Below, piece after piece: positions 34,749 to 46,990 of a DNA stretch of 53,460 nt. The notes under the pieces were generated by a model. It had not been told where the DNA came from, did not search any database, and saw only the letters and a program-made list of their open reading frames with translations. Every line of letters begins with the position of its first letter. Within the stretch, counting starts at the first letter, position 1. The position numbers were made by a program, and so were the translations under genes. The stretch comes from Priapulus caudatus (taxonomy: Eukaryota): assembly GCF_000485595.1 (NCBI RefSeq), contig NW_014577081.1, positions 991,438-1,044,897 on the forward strand, given 5' to 3'.

Positions 34749-36022
34749 GCTGCGTCTATGCTGCGGGGACTTGAACGTGGATCTTAGCAGGTGTCCATAT
34801 TTCTAGTACCAATATAGTTGGAGTTATTGTAATCTGCACATTTTATTTTAATGGTGTGAAACATGACATGACCCCAACATTGTTTAAATGTTGCAATACT
34901 CACAAACATTTAATGGCCAATGAAATGCACTGGTAGCAGAGTAGAAGCCACATAATTTTTGGTCACTACTTAGTACTTAAAATTTTTTCAGCAGAATAGG
35001 AAACTGACTTAAGTTCTGTGCAAACCTCCATGTAAGTGTTTACATAATTTTGCTGCTCAAGTGGAACATGCCTGTAGTTATGCGATACGTCCATGACGAA
35101 CTTCAATTCTTAAGCCTCAGGTTTATCCATGACTTACACATGTATGAAGCCAGTGGCTGCTCGTCCGAATGTATTACCAGCAAATCGTGAGATTGCATGT
35201 CAAAAACCATCTGTTGATAGATATATGAATTGATTTATGTGTGCTACATACTCGGATGTCTCACAGGCAGAATGAGGGTACACCCAACAATCTTTATGAT
35301 TTATCTGAAACGTAATATAAGCCGAATTCTAGAATATTTGTAGATCTATAAAATTCTGACTGGTCACTGGACGAGCAGACACGGCTGTAGATTCCAGCGA
35401 GTCAGTATGTCACTATCTTAGTATCTTAGCTTAGCTATCTCTAGTATAAGTACTGTAGCTCTAGTACTATAGCCCGCGTTCATTAACTGCCGCAGGACTA
35501 TAGAACATTGTCAGCTTAATTTCGCTACTGCATTTGATCCCGATTGGTTCCACTGAAAAATGGCTCAGAAAACGCAAAATGATCGGGCTTTTTAACATTT
35601 ATTTATCTACATGGATACCAGATATGTAGGCAAACACATGGCATCTATGGTGCATGTATATACAATACCGGTAACGTCACGCGTTCGCACGCCACAATAT
35701 TTCAAATGGTACAGCCAGTAGTGCTGACTTGTGAGGAATAAAGATATTAAAGGCATAAATACATGGTGTAAAGTTGTGGAAAGTGTTCAAAAAGATAGGT
35801 GAGATGTCCATGTAGATAAATAAATGTTAAAAAGCCCGATCATTTTGCGTTTTCTGAGCCATTTTTCAGTGGAACCAATCGGGACCAAATGCAGTAGCGA
35901 AATCGAGCTGACAATGTTCTATAGACTAACTGCCTATTATTAGACTATTATAGACTAACTGCCTATTNNNNNNNNNNNNNNNNNNNNNNNNNNNNNNNNN
36001 NNNNNNNNNNNNNNNNNNNNNN

Positions 36023-36102
<80 letters not shown>

Positions 36103-36295
36103 TGTGTGTGTATGCAAGCCTACTGGTACCACCTGATGTATGATATAAGGTAGCACCTGGCAATGGCCACGACTAACGTCATCAGAGCACGTGGTCCATA
36201 GTATTTCTCTCGTTAGTAGATGCATCGATGCAAAGATGTGATAACTAAACTTTTAATCCGGCTCGAAACATTGCGGGTGAGTTACGAAGCCTTGC

Positions 36296-36667
36296 CTGTT
36301 TCCGTTCTCGTACGCTGTGCCTGCACAGTCCGGTCTGGTCCACACGTTGAACTCATAGTCAGGCTCATTGTCATCATTCTGCGCGCTAGTCTGCAATAAA
36401 TGATAAACGACGTTTCCCAACGTGCTTGCATGATCGAGACGCACTACCCGTGCACCTGCCTGCGAGCCTCTATGTACCCGAGTTCTCTGGTACAGCATTC
36501 TCGAATACACGTTGCAATATTACGCGTGCAATAAAAGTGGGAGATAGTTCTTGAATATCAATTTTTCATGATGGCCTTACCAGACTCCGATCCACTTGTT
36601 CGACTCTCCTGAGATTTCCGGAGTCGAACTTGGAGGTAAAGAAAAGTCCACCACAGTGCACCTCCAT
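36296..36667 (-). CDS. AGBL5: Second near-identical copy of AGBL5 coding exons 1 (36581-36667) and 2 (36296-36390)
   Basis: About 34180-35967 is repeated from about 36100 onward (offset 1919 at the exons) across an N gap. Confidence 0.85.
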
Positions 36668-37367
36668 GCTGCGTCTATGCTGCGGGGACTTGAACGTGGA
36701 TCTTAGCAGGTGTCCATATTTCTAGTACCAATATAGTTGGAGTTATTGTAATCTGCACATTTTATTTTAATGGTGTGAAACATGACATGACCCCAACATT
36801 GTTTAAATGTTGCAATACTCACAAACATTTAATGGCCAATGAAATGCACTGGTAGCAGAGTAGAAGCCACATAATTTTTGGTCACTACTTAGTACTTAAA
36901 TTTTTTTTAGCAGAATAGGAAACTGACTTAAGTTCTGTGCAAACCTCCATGTAAGTGTTTACATAATTTTGCTGCTCAAGTGGAACATGCCTGTAGTTAT
37001 GCGATACGTCCATGACGAACTTCAATTCTTAAGCCTCAGGTTTATCCATGACTTACACATGTATGAAGCCAGTGGCTGCTCGTCCGAATGTATTACCAGC
37101 AAATCGTGAGATTGCATGTCAAAAACCATCTGTTGATAGATATATGAATTGATTTATGTGTGCTACATACTCGGATGTCTCACAGGCAGAATGTGGGTAC
37201 ACCCAACAATCTTTATGATTTATCTGAAACGTAATATAAGCCGAATTCTAGAATATTTGTAGATCTATAAAATTCTGACTGGTCACTGGACGAGCAGACA
37301 CGGCTGTAGATTCCAGCGAGTCAGTATGTCACTATCTTAGTATCTTAGCTTAGCTATCTCTAGTATA

Positions 37368-37858
37368 CCGTATTTCCTCGAACGAGCGCCCAGGCCCTTA
37401 TTGTTTTAAACTGTCTCATTGCCCCGGCCCTTTTTCGAGGCAGGCCCTTTTTCGAGGTCCGGCGCTCATATAAATGTATGCCTTATTTCAAGTACAAGTA
37501 CATTTTTATCAGTCAAAATCTAATAGAAATCTCTAAATCTTCCGAGGTAAACATATTTTCGTTTGAAATTTCATTCAACTTCCCCACAAAACATGTCGTA
37601 AATTACATTGTGATTTCGCGCATTGTGTCTGAGCGCATTGTGTTCACTCTGGTTCAGAGATCAGAAATTATGCATGTGCTTGTTGTCCATTGGCTGATGG
37701 TAGCGTGAGCAGAACATATTGGTGTCTACAATATCATTTCATGTGAACATATCACATCTCATGACCCGGCCCTCATTTATTTCGAGGGGGGCTTACCCCC
37801 GGCCCTATTTCGAGGCAGGCCCTCTTACGAGCCCAGGCGCTCGTTCGAGGAAATACGG
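37368..37858. mobile_element. Tc1/mariner-pogo type MITE, 491 bp, TA TSD
   Basis: Perfect TIR CCGTATTTCCTCGAACGAGCGCC; clean empty site TAGTATAAGTAC in copy 1 (about 35442-35453). Confidence 0.92.
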
Positions 37859-37865
37859 TAAGTAC

Positions 37866-38590
37866 TGTAGCTCTAGTACTATAGCCCGCGTTCATTAACT
37901 GCTGCAGGACTATAGAACATTGGCAGCTTGATTTCGCTAAGTACTGCATTTGGTCCCGATTGGTTCCACTGAAAAATGGCTCAGAAAACGCAAAATGATC
38001 GGGCTTTTTAACATTTATTTATCTACATGGACATCTCACCTATCTTTTTGAACACTTAATTTCCACAACTTTACACCATGTATTTATGCCTTTAATAGCT
38101 TTATTCCTCACAAGTCAGCACTACTGGCTGTACCATTTGAAATATTGTGGCGTGCGAACGCGTGACGTCACCGGATATGTAGGCAAACACATGGCATCTA
38201 TGGTGCATGTATATACAATACCGGTAACGTCACGCGTTTGCACGCCACAATATTTCAAATTCAAATGGTACAGCCAGTAGTGCTGACTTGTGAGGAATAA
38301 AGATATTAAAGGCATAAATACATGGTGTAAAGTTGTGGAAATTAAGTGTTCAAAAAGATAGGTGAGATGTCCATGTAGATAAATAAATGTTAAAAAGCCC
38401 GATCATTTTGCGTTTTCTGAGCCATTTTCCGTGGAACCAATCGGGACCAAATGCAGTAGCGAAATCGAGCTGACAATGTTCTATAGACTAACTGCCTATT
38501 ATTAGACTATTATAGACTAACTGCCTATAGATGAACTGCCCTGCGGCAGTTAATGAACGCGGGCAGCCTATAGTACTAGAGCTATAGTAT
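37866..38590. mobile_element. About 720-bp foldback (palindromic) element
   Basis: 37866-38172 is the reverse complement of about 38219-38590, with a spacer of about 45 bp. Confidence 0.85.
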
Positions 38591-38614
38591 AAGTATAACT
38601 ACACTACCACTAGT

Positions 38615-39332
38615 GCTGATAGGGTCTATGTCCCCCAAGGTACTGCCGGAACGTAGCCTGGGTACGGTCCGGTATATCGGAACGTACCCTGGTAACTATC
38701 TGATATGACGGACCGTACCTCGCTTACTCCCTACCGTACCCTGACTGTCCCTGTTCCGCCCACTACTGATGTCGCAAAAAATTTGAAATATACATACAGA
38801 CCTGTATGATATCTTTATAAAGTTGGATTGGAGTATGAAACTGTGAAACCAAGAAGAAATTTCAACCTATATACACTGATGCGCGCAATCCTTTTACAAA
38901 TATCGCGATGATCGGGAATGCGTTTTCCTTTCGCAATGTTTACGACATTTTCGCGCATTTTCGCACGAGATTTTTGAAAGATGGCTCTAAGTGTTGTGGT
39001 GGAACAGGAAAATTTGTATGATTATCTTAATGGGTTGGAAACGCATAGACTCGCTGACACTTGTAGAAAGGGTCGGGAGGTGAAACGTAACAGGGTAAGG
39101 GTTACGAATATTTTGCGAGAACAAACCGGAAACAAGGAACGGGAGCATAAAGCGGCGCGTTTCCTGCCGACAAGCGGTATGTATTACGACATCAGCTGAA
39201 AGTCAGGGTACGGTTTGGAGTAGGCGAGGTACGGTCCGGCATATTAGATAGTTACCAGGGTACGTTCCGGTATACCGGACCGTACCTAGGGTACGTTCCG
39301 GCAGTACCCTGGGGGACATAGACCCTATCAGC
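38615..39332. mobile_element. Mutator-like non-autonomous element, about 130-bp TIRs, 9-bp TSD ACCACTAGT
   Basis: GCTGATAGGGTCTATGTCCCCCA.. / ..GGGGGACATAGACCCTATCAGC; ACCACTAGT at 38606-38614 and 39333-39341. Confidence 0.85.
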
Positions 39333-39380
39333 ACCACTAGTAGTAGTAGTATAAAGTATAAGTATAATATTAGTATTTTA

Positions 39381-39636
39381 GGCGCAAATCCACTTTAGGC
39401 ACCTTAGGTATCACAAAGTGATGCACAGACTTTCCGTATATCAAGGAATGATGCAAAAACCCTAACCCTAAGTCATAGAGTATAACCTTAGGTATCACGA
39501 AGTGTGTTACTGTTAGGGTTAGGATTAGGGTTAGGGTTAGGGTTTTTGCATCATTCCTTGATATACGGAGTCTGTGCATCAGTTGTCAGTTGATGATACG
39601 CAGAAATACCTAAGGTGACTAAAGTGGATTTGCACC
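39381..39636. mobile_element. TIR element with 8-bp TSD GTATTTTA and internal TTAGGG repeats
   Basis: GGCGCAAATCCACTTTAG / CTAAAGTGGATTTGCACC; largely palindromic. GG termini with an 8-bp TSD are compatible with Merlin-like elements (inference). Confidence 0.8.
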
Positions 39637-40369
39637 GTATTTTATTACTGTTAGTATTATTATATTACTTATTACTATTAGCTATTACTATTAGTATTAC
39701 TAGTATTAGTAATAGTAATAGTAGGTATAGACTATAGTATTGCGATGTCGATGTACACTGTACAGTTCAATACAATAGTTTCCTAAAGATAGCATATGTC
39801 ATGATTCATAAACCGTACGCAAATAAACCCACTTACATACCAGGCAAATATACATTTGTCATAGAACCTATGGCTTGCCGCATTAGTCAAGAATTCTGTG
39901 ACAAATATTGAATAACATTGAATCTACATATTATCAAACTTCTGCATATTCTAAAATTTTTGCTTAGTGTTTACATATCAGCGCCCTCTACTGGCATCAA
40001 AGAGATGTTCACAACATTAATTCCAATCATTTATTATCGCGACAAACATAGAAAGATCATTTTTAATCAAAATTCAACTAGCAGCTACTTAAAATAGCAC
40101 ATATGAAATGTTTCCTAATCTATTATGGTTATACATAAACTAAGAGGTGTCGTCATCACTTTACGTCACAGATGTGTGTGAGGCCAATATTGTGTGCCAC
40201 GCAAATGGCAAAACAAACACATTCTTATCGAAATTACGAATTCAAAAACATACGGATAACTGAAACGAGAAATTTTGATTAAATAATATATGTATGGATA
40301 TGCTCAATCAGGAAGGAAAAAGCAGACGTGTTTTCCTTGTATCATAGCATCGCGATTCACGTAGGCCCC

Positions 40370-40445
40370 TAGATACAATAATGTAACCCAAACCCAAGAG
40401 GATAGGGGGATATCCTCTTGGGTTTGGGTTACATTGTTGTATCTA
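40370..40445. mobile_element. 76-bp near-perfect hairpin insertion, 9-bp TSD GTAGGCCCC
   Basis: 35-bp arms TAGATACAATAATGTAACCCAAACCCAAGAGGATA with one mismatch and a 6-nt loop. Confidence 0.8.
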
Positions 40446-40481
40446 GTAGGCCCCCTACTAATCCAGTGCGCGTTATGATGT

Positions 40482-40651
40482 CAGGGGCTTGTACAGGATT
40501 TGTACCAGGGGGAGGGGGTCTAACCGTAACCCAAACTTGCGAGCACGCGAAGGGAATTTTTTTAAATTAGACCCCCTTAGATGCGTTTTCTGCGCGAGCA
40601 GGGGGGGGGGGTCGCGTCCTCGGACCCCCCCGTCCGTACCGACCGCCCCTG
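40482..40651. mobile_element. CAGGGG-terminated MITE, 5-bp TSD GATGT
   Basis: CAGGGGC...GCCCCTG termini with GATGT on both sides. Confidence 0.75.
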
Positions 40652-41154
40652 GATGTGGATAATGAATAATTAAACCGTTCGTTCATTAATACGTATACCC
40701 GGGTCGGAGCCTATGTGGGTGAGTGCGGGAGGGGAATTGTGGACTCAAAAAAGCCTGACGGAGGAAAAAAGAGAAGAACAATAACAAGAATACCCCACAG
40801 CGTGCACATAGAGGAGGGGATAGGTGCGGAACGAGGGTTTCCATCACGACTACTGATAATTTATACACATTGTATAGTAAATTATGCACACTTGAGTGTT
40901 ATTTACATTTATTATGCTATTTACCATGCACACGTGCAATCGGCTGGCCCGATTCCACCTTGAACGTATGCCAAAAAACAAAAAAAAAAAAAGTGGAAAA
41001 AAAAAAAAAATAAAAATACAATCAAATAAATAGAGCAGCAACGGTGACGACGCGGAACGTGAGCGCTAGCTTCCTGTACAGTAATATAAGGCATAGCGGC
41101 GGAACCCAGGAGCGTTGATGCCTACGAGCAATGTGAAATATTGATAGATCCGAC

Positions 41155-41600
41155 TTTTACGATGCACACGTGCTGTCAGCCCGACCGGCTCTACTTTGAA
41201 CGGATAAGAACGGTCGAAGAATATTATCTTGGCAGTCAACGGCGACCGACGTTGCAGCGCCATTTGCCCATACATTAGCATAGCTGGAAATCGTGGCACG
41301 ATGCTGCGAGCGAAGTGAAGCATGTAGATAAGATTTTACCATGCACACTTGCTCTCAGCTTGCCCGGCTCCACTTTGAACGTATAAGAACGGCCGAAGAA
41401 TATTATCTTGGCAGTCAACGGCGACCGACGTTGCAGCGCCATTTGCCCATACATTAGCATAGCTGGGAATCGTGGCGCGATGCTGCGAGCGAAGTGAAGC
41501 ATGTAGATAAGATTTTACCATGCACACGTGCTGTCAGCCTGCCCGGCTCTACTTTGAACGGATAAGAACGGTCGAAGAATATTATCTTGACAGTCAACGG
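41155..41600. repeat. 179-bp tandem repeat (about 2.5 copies)
   Basis: Unit starts TTTTAC(G/C)ATGCACAC at 41155, 41334 and 41513. Confidence 0.9.
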
Positions 41601-42920
41601 CATATTTTGCAAAGATTATGCACTTAAAATGAAGAGGAGTCATCCTAGCATGGATTTACATGATAACATTCTATGAGTAGACATCCCTTAATAAATAGGA
41701 AGAAGACCTTGCATGTACGGTGACCACTGCATATACCAGACAGTACATAATCTGGCTACGGTAGTGTGTAGATGCATGCGCAATATTTTACCAGAGGAGT
41801 TATATTTTGTGATGAATATGCATTTAATATGGTTAGGGGATATCTCAGCATAGATTTTTGTAATTAATTGTTATCAGTACACCTGTTTTTATAATTAGGA
41901 GAGCGCCCTAGCCTGTAGGGTGCAAAACTGCCACGTCGCCCCTTCTCGTATTTCCCGTTGTTTCTCCTGTGCCTCGCTCAGCCTAATTCTTTTCCTACCG
42001 CCCCTCAGCTATCTTCCCTGACGCTTTTCCTCAGTCTCTTACCCCTCTCTCCCACCGCAAGCTATATTATGCAGTTTTCTTTAGTCGGTACTACACACCT
42101 GAAACGGTGCTCGCGCATGCGCAATATCTCCCGAGAAGAATCATATTTTGCAATGATTGTGCATTTAAAATGAAGAGGACTCATCCTAGCATGGATCTAT
42201 ATGATAACATTCTATCAGTAGACATCCATTAAAAAATAGGAAGAAGACGTTGCATGTACGGTGACCACTGCATATACCAGCCATGCAGTACATAATCTGG
42301 CTACGATAGTGTGTAGACGCATGCGCAATATCTTACCAGAGGAGTTATATTTTGTGATAAATATGCATTTAATATGGTTAGGGGTATTTCAGCATAGATT
42401 TTTGTAATGAATTGTTATCAGTACATCTGTGTTTATAATTAGGACAGGGCCCTCGCCTGTAGGGTGCAAAACTGCTACTTCACCCCCTCCCGTATTTCCC
42501 GTTGTCTCCCGTCCCTCGCTCAGCCTAATTCTTCTCCTACCGCCCCTCAGCTATCTTCCCTGCTGCTTTTCCTCAGTCTCTTATCCCTCTCTCCCACCGC
42601 AAGCTATATTATGCAGTTTTCTTTAGTCGGTACTACACGCCCGAAACGGTGCTCGCGCATGCGCAATATCTCCCGAGAAGAAGAATATTTTGCGAAAATT
42701 ATACATTTAAAATAGAGAGGAGGTATTCTAGCATAGCTTTATATGATAACATTTTATCAGTAGACTTCACTTAAAGAATAGGAAGAAAACCTTGCATGCA
42801 AGGTCCCCGCTGCCTATATCAGCCAGTCCACAATCTGGTTACGTTAGTGTGTCAGTGCCAGCGCAATATCTGACCAGAGAAGTTATATTTTGTTATGAAT
42901 ATGCATTTAATAAGGTTAGC
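41600..42920. repeat. About 541-bp tandem repeat (about 2.4 copies)
   Basis: CA(C/T)TTAAAAT..AGAGGA recurs at about 41620, 42161 and 42702. Confidence 0.9.
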
Positions 42921-45185
42921 GAAGTCAACATCATGTAACAGTTGGCTATCGGTTTCACGGAAAACGGGTTTTTTATTATTGAAATAAAATACAAACAGGT
43001 TCTTAGTATCACGATAGGAAGACCTAAACACATCTTGATAGTGCACGCGCCTGCCTAGACCGTAACAACGACAACGTTCACCGCATGACGGTGTGTGAAT
43101 TTGCACATACCGCGTATTATGTGTGATCATATGCTCAACTATTGTGCAATAAGTTTGATTTTTGGCTCCGAAACTCGGAACGCGATACCGTAAAACTATT
43201 TCACATCACGGCATAAATTGATTCATTCTAACGAACTACGCTTGCGCGAGTATTTTAGTTCTAAACGCCGTGCGTGTGGCGCGGCGACCGCCAAATAAGG
43301 GGTACGTTTTAGTGAACCGAGATAAATTTAAGCTCTTCGTCATTTCAAAATGTGAACCGCGACTGTCGCTAAGAGTTGGCATTTATAGCTCGATTTACAA
43401 GCGCATATACGCTCTTAAATTTCTCTACATCGATTAAATACGACACAACCATAACATCGGCTTAGTAACGACTGAAGATGGTTAAACATGAGCTATATAC
43501 ACCACCCATACCCCCGCCATCTCTACGATGTCCAGAGAGTATAGACTGACTCCAAAATTCCGCGTGGCTGAACCCAACGATGCGAACAACAGCGGCTGCG
43601 ATTCTCAAACGACTTACGGTGTCAGTCTACTACCTTCAGCAAAACAACACAGCATCGGATAAATAAACGTAAACTAAGTAATCGTCAAAAATAAAGTAAA
43701 CCGCGTAAAACAAATCCCGTTTACAACCGTACACGTCATCAAATGTCATCATCGCCACCAACAGCAGCAGACGTATAAACACCGTACATACAATAACTTA
43801 AGTATAACACACACACACACCCGCGCGCGTCGTCGTCGTCGGCGTCGTCGAAAAATGACTTAATTACAACCAGATTCGTCTGCTACGTAATACTATTATA
43901 GTCGCTCCGCAGATATCAGAGAGCGAAGACAAAAATCCCCGCGAAAAAACAACAACAACAGGAGGCAAAAAAGCTCTCGGCTCCCGCCGAAAGCAAGGTG
44001 TCGCTAACCAGACAATAACCCGATTATACGTCAACGCGAAAAACGCGGCTTACAATTGTAGCCGATAGATGGCAGCACTACACAACAACTGCAAACGTGC
44101 GCGCGTGTCAGCCAGCGGCTTACGTTAGTTAGTAGTAAACAGAATGTAGAACTCACTTCGCTATACAGTATAAACATATACGTTTGCTACAACACAAACA
44201 GCGACGCTTGCCTGAACCCCTCGCCAACGATCGCAAGCAGAGCGCCATCTGGCGGACCGGATTCGCCGGACGTCGGCCGCCGCGAGTGCGCGCGTCGCGG
44301 GGCAATCACGTGTTATTTACACTCATTGGGGCTCTCCCCGCATCTCGGCAGTCTCTCGCGAGCGTCAGTGAGAGGCGACGACCGAACGACACAACCTCAT
44401 CGTAAGTCACCGATCATAGCGGCGGCTGCGACGACATCACCAAACGCCGCGGTGACGTCGCCTAAATCCGCGACGACGTCAGCGCACCGTGACGAAATCG
44501 GCGATGATGTCATCAGACTCCGCTGTGACGTCACCGAAATGCGCGACGACGTCACCGAACTTTGCTCTGGCACGTCCCGGCGTCCGAGGCGGCCTCGAAC
44601 ACACCGCTGCGGACCACGCGCTGGCCTCCTTCTCGACGCTCGTTTTGTTCGGGGGAGGGGGGGAAACGTTAGTTGCGGCAGCTTCCTTCCCGGTGCGTTG
44701 GTGGGAGCGCGCGCGGAGAGGAGGAGCAGACAGATGTGCACAGGCTGCGTGTGCACGTGCGCAGCGGATGGATGTGACATTGAGCAAACATGGCGTCTCC
44801 GTGTCGCGACCTCGCGAGGATTCGTCTCACCACCTCACCCATCGTTCACGCCGGTCGATTCATTTACAAGCATCCCGTCGCCGCGTCGGCGAACCTGCGA
44901 TCGAGTCTCGTTCCTCGTCGCCGCCGCCGCGTAGGTACACACGCTCGTCCCGCTGGCGCACCACTCCTCACAGAAGCCCTACGATACGCCGCAGCCAAAG
45001 TCACGCGCAGCATCCCCGCATCGAAGCGGTCACCCCGGCAACGCATCCTCAGCATCCCCGCGAAGCCCTCCGCCACAGACGAAAACGAAGCATCCGTCGC
45101 CGCGCCGACGCCGACGCTCCCCGCCAGCATCCCTCAGCATCCTCGTCTTTGCGCGCGCAGACGCGGTGGGGAGGGAGCCGGATCC

Positions 45186-46262
45186 TCACCGCCAGTTGAA
45201 GTCGCGGCCGACCTGCTCGTAAAACTTGAGGTTGAACGGCCGGTAGTAGTCTTCGAGTTTCTGCAGCACGCGCGGGTTGATCGCCGGATGCTTGCGGCCC
45301 TTCGTGTCCGTGAGGCAGCGCTCGGTCGCGTCGTGCCGCAGGCAGAAGAAGCCCTTCGTCGCGTTGAAGTAGAAGTTGTCGGCGTGTATGAGCGGCTCGA
45401 GTCCGAGGAACGCCTCGATGCGCGTCAGCTCGGACGCCGGGTCGACGACGAGGCGGTCGCCGTCGACGACGTGCATCTGCGTGCGCGGGAACACGTCGAG
45501 CCAACGCTGCAGGTGCCGGTGGTAGACGCCGATGCGGATCGCCTTGTACGACGTGTTCACCTCGCCGTAGTCGTTGACGGCGTACGCCTCGAAGGTCGCG
45601 TGCGGCTTGCCCTTGGCGAGCCGGTTGGCGTGGATCTGCGCGTAGTCGGAGACGGCGCGGTCGACCGGGTCGCGCACGACGACGATGAGTCGCGTCGCGT
45701 TGTTCATCGCGCGCACGCGCTCCGGCACGCCGTCCGTGATGAAGTACGCCGGCGACTTCTCGACGGTCACCTGGCCCGGGAACGAGTACGGCATGCGCTT
45801 GCGGTACCACTCGAGACCGTACGCGTAGCGCTCGCTGTCGAAGAAGTGCACCTCGCCGTGCGCCGCCTGCACCTTCGGATGCATGTTCATGAACTCGAGG
45901 AGCGCGCGCGTGCCGCACTTGCGCACGCCGATGATGATGCAGGACGGCAGGCGGCGGTTCGTGCCGCGGAAGCGGATGCGCTCACGCATCTCGTCGATCG
46001 AGCCGAGCGTGGCGGCGCCGCCCGCGGCGGCGGTGGCGGCGGCGGGGCGGCACGCGCCGGCGTACGACTGCATCGCGCGCAGCGTCAGGAAGCAGCCGAC
46101 GAAGAGGAGGAGGCCGAAGAGAGGCAGCAGCCGGGCCTTGCTGCAGCGGCCCCCAGGCTTCCCTGCTCCGCCGCCGCCGCACACCGCCGCCAGGATGCCG
46201 GCGCGGCCGGGCGTCGCCGCGTCGACAGGGGGCGCCTCTAGTAATGCGTCTTTCTGTGTCAT
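45186..46262 (-). CDS. HS3ST5: Heparan sulfate glucosamine 3-O-sulfotransferase (HS3ST1/5, Hs3st-A group), 358 aa, type II membrane protein
   Basis: 5'-PSB motif IIIGVRKCGTRALLE, EVHFFD, EKSPAYF, 3'-PB RDPVDRAVSDY, NFYFNATKGFFCL, KGRKHP; N-terminal TM LLPLFGLLLFVGCFLTL. The acceptor at 46273 makes ATG 46262 the likely start. The paralog symbol is approximate. Confidence 0.93.
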   Translation of the reverse strand: MTQKDALLEAPPVDAATPGRAGILAAVCGGGGAGKPGGRCSKARLLPLFGLLLFVGCFLTLRAMQSYAGACRPAAATAAAGGAATLGSIDEMRERIRFRGTNRRLPSCIIIGVRKCGTRALLEFMNMHPKVQAAHGEVHFFDSERYAYGLEWYRKRMPYSFPGQVTVEKSPAYFITDGVPERVRAMNNATRLIVVVRDPVDRAVSDYAQIHANRLAKGKPHATFEAYAVNDYGEVNTSYKAIRIGVYHRHLQRWLDVFPRTQMHVVDGDRLVVDPASELTRIEAFLGLEPLIHADNFYFNATKGFFCLRHDATERCLTDTKGRKHPAINPRVLQKLEDYYRPFNLKFYEQVGRDFNWR

Positions 46263-46719
46263 GCTGCTACATCTGCGAAGAGAAGGAAGAAACGGGAGAC
46301 GTTTAGTCATCAGGTCGTTAAACAATATGATGGGGACATTCCGGATAAAATCACAAAACATAGTTAGTTAGTTAGGTATATAATAATAATTTTCGGATGC
46401 CCTACTGGGCTACTGGCCTAGTGGGCTAGTGAAGAGATTCACAGTTTTCACTGGCGGGTGCCGCCGCATACAAGGCTCCCTTCTTGGCACCGTTTCCACA
46501 CTCTATCTCTTTTTTTGCTGAGTACTAAGCAGAGAAGAAGTGTGTACCATTTTTCATGTCTTTAGTCAAGTTAGTTAGGTGAGCACGAGGATGGTGTTGC
46601 GAGCATTAATATTGTTTACGCGTGCGCATGCCATCATGATCAGAGGCAGTCTTGTTGAGGGTTGCCTGATGCCTGCCTACCACTTCACACGTTCTCCCTT
46701 AACGTTATCAATATCATTG

Positions 46720-46990
46720 CACATACACGCGAACACGCACGCACGCACGCACGCACGCAAACACATACACGCACGCACACACATACGCGCACACACACAT
46801 ACGCGCATGCACGCACGCACGCGCGCGCACACACACACGCACACACACACACACGCACGCACGCACACACACACACACACTCCCTCTCTCTCTCTTTCTC
46901 TCTCTCCCTCACACACACACACACACTCTCTCTCTCTCTCTTTCTCTCTCTCCCTCACACACACACACACATACACACGCACACCCCACA
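46720..46990. repeat. Compound (CA)n/(GCAC)n/(CT)n microsatellite
   Basis: Directly visible. Confidence 0.95.

Noticed and set aside
39510..39545. Telomere or chromosome-fusion site
   Set aside because: The TTAGGG run is short and internal to a TSD-flanked TIR element.
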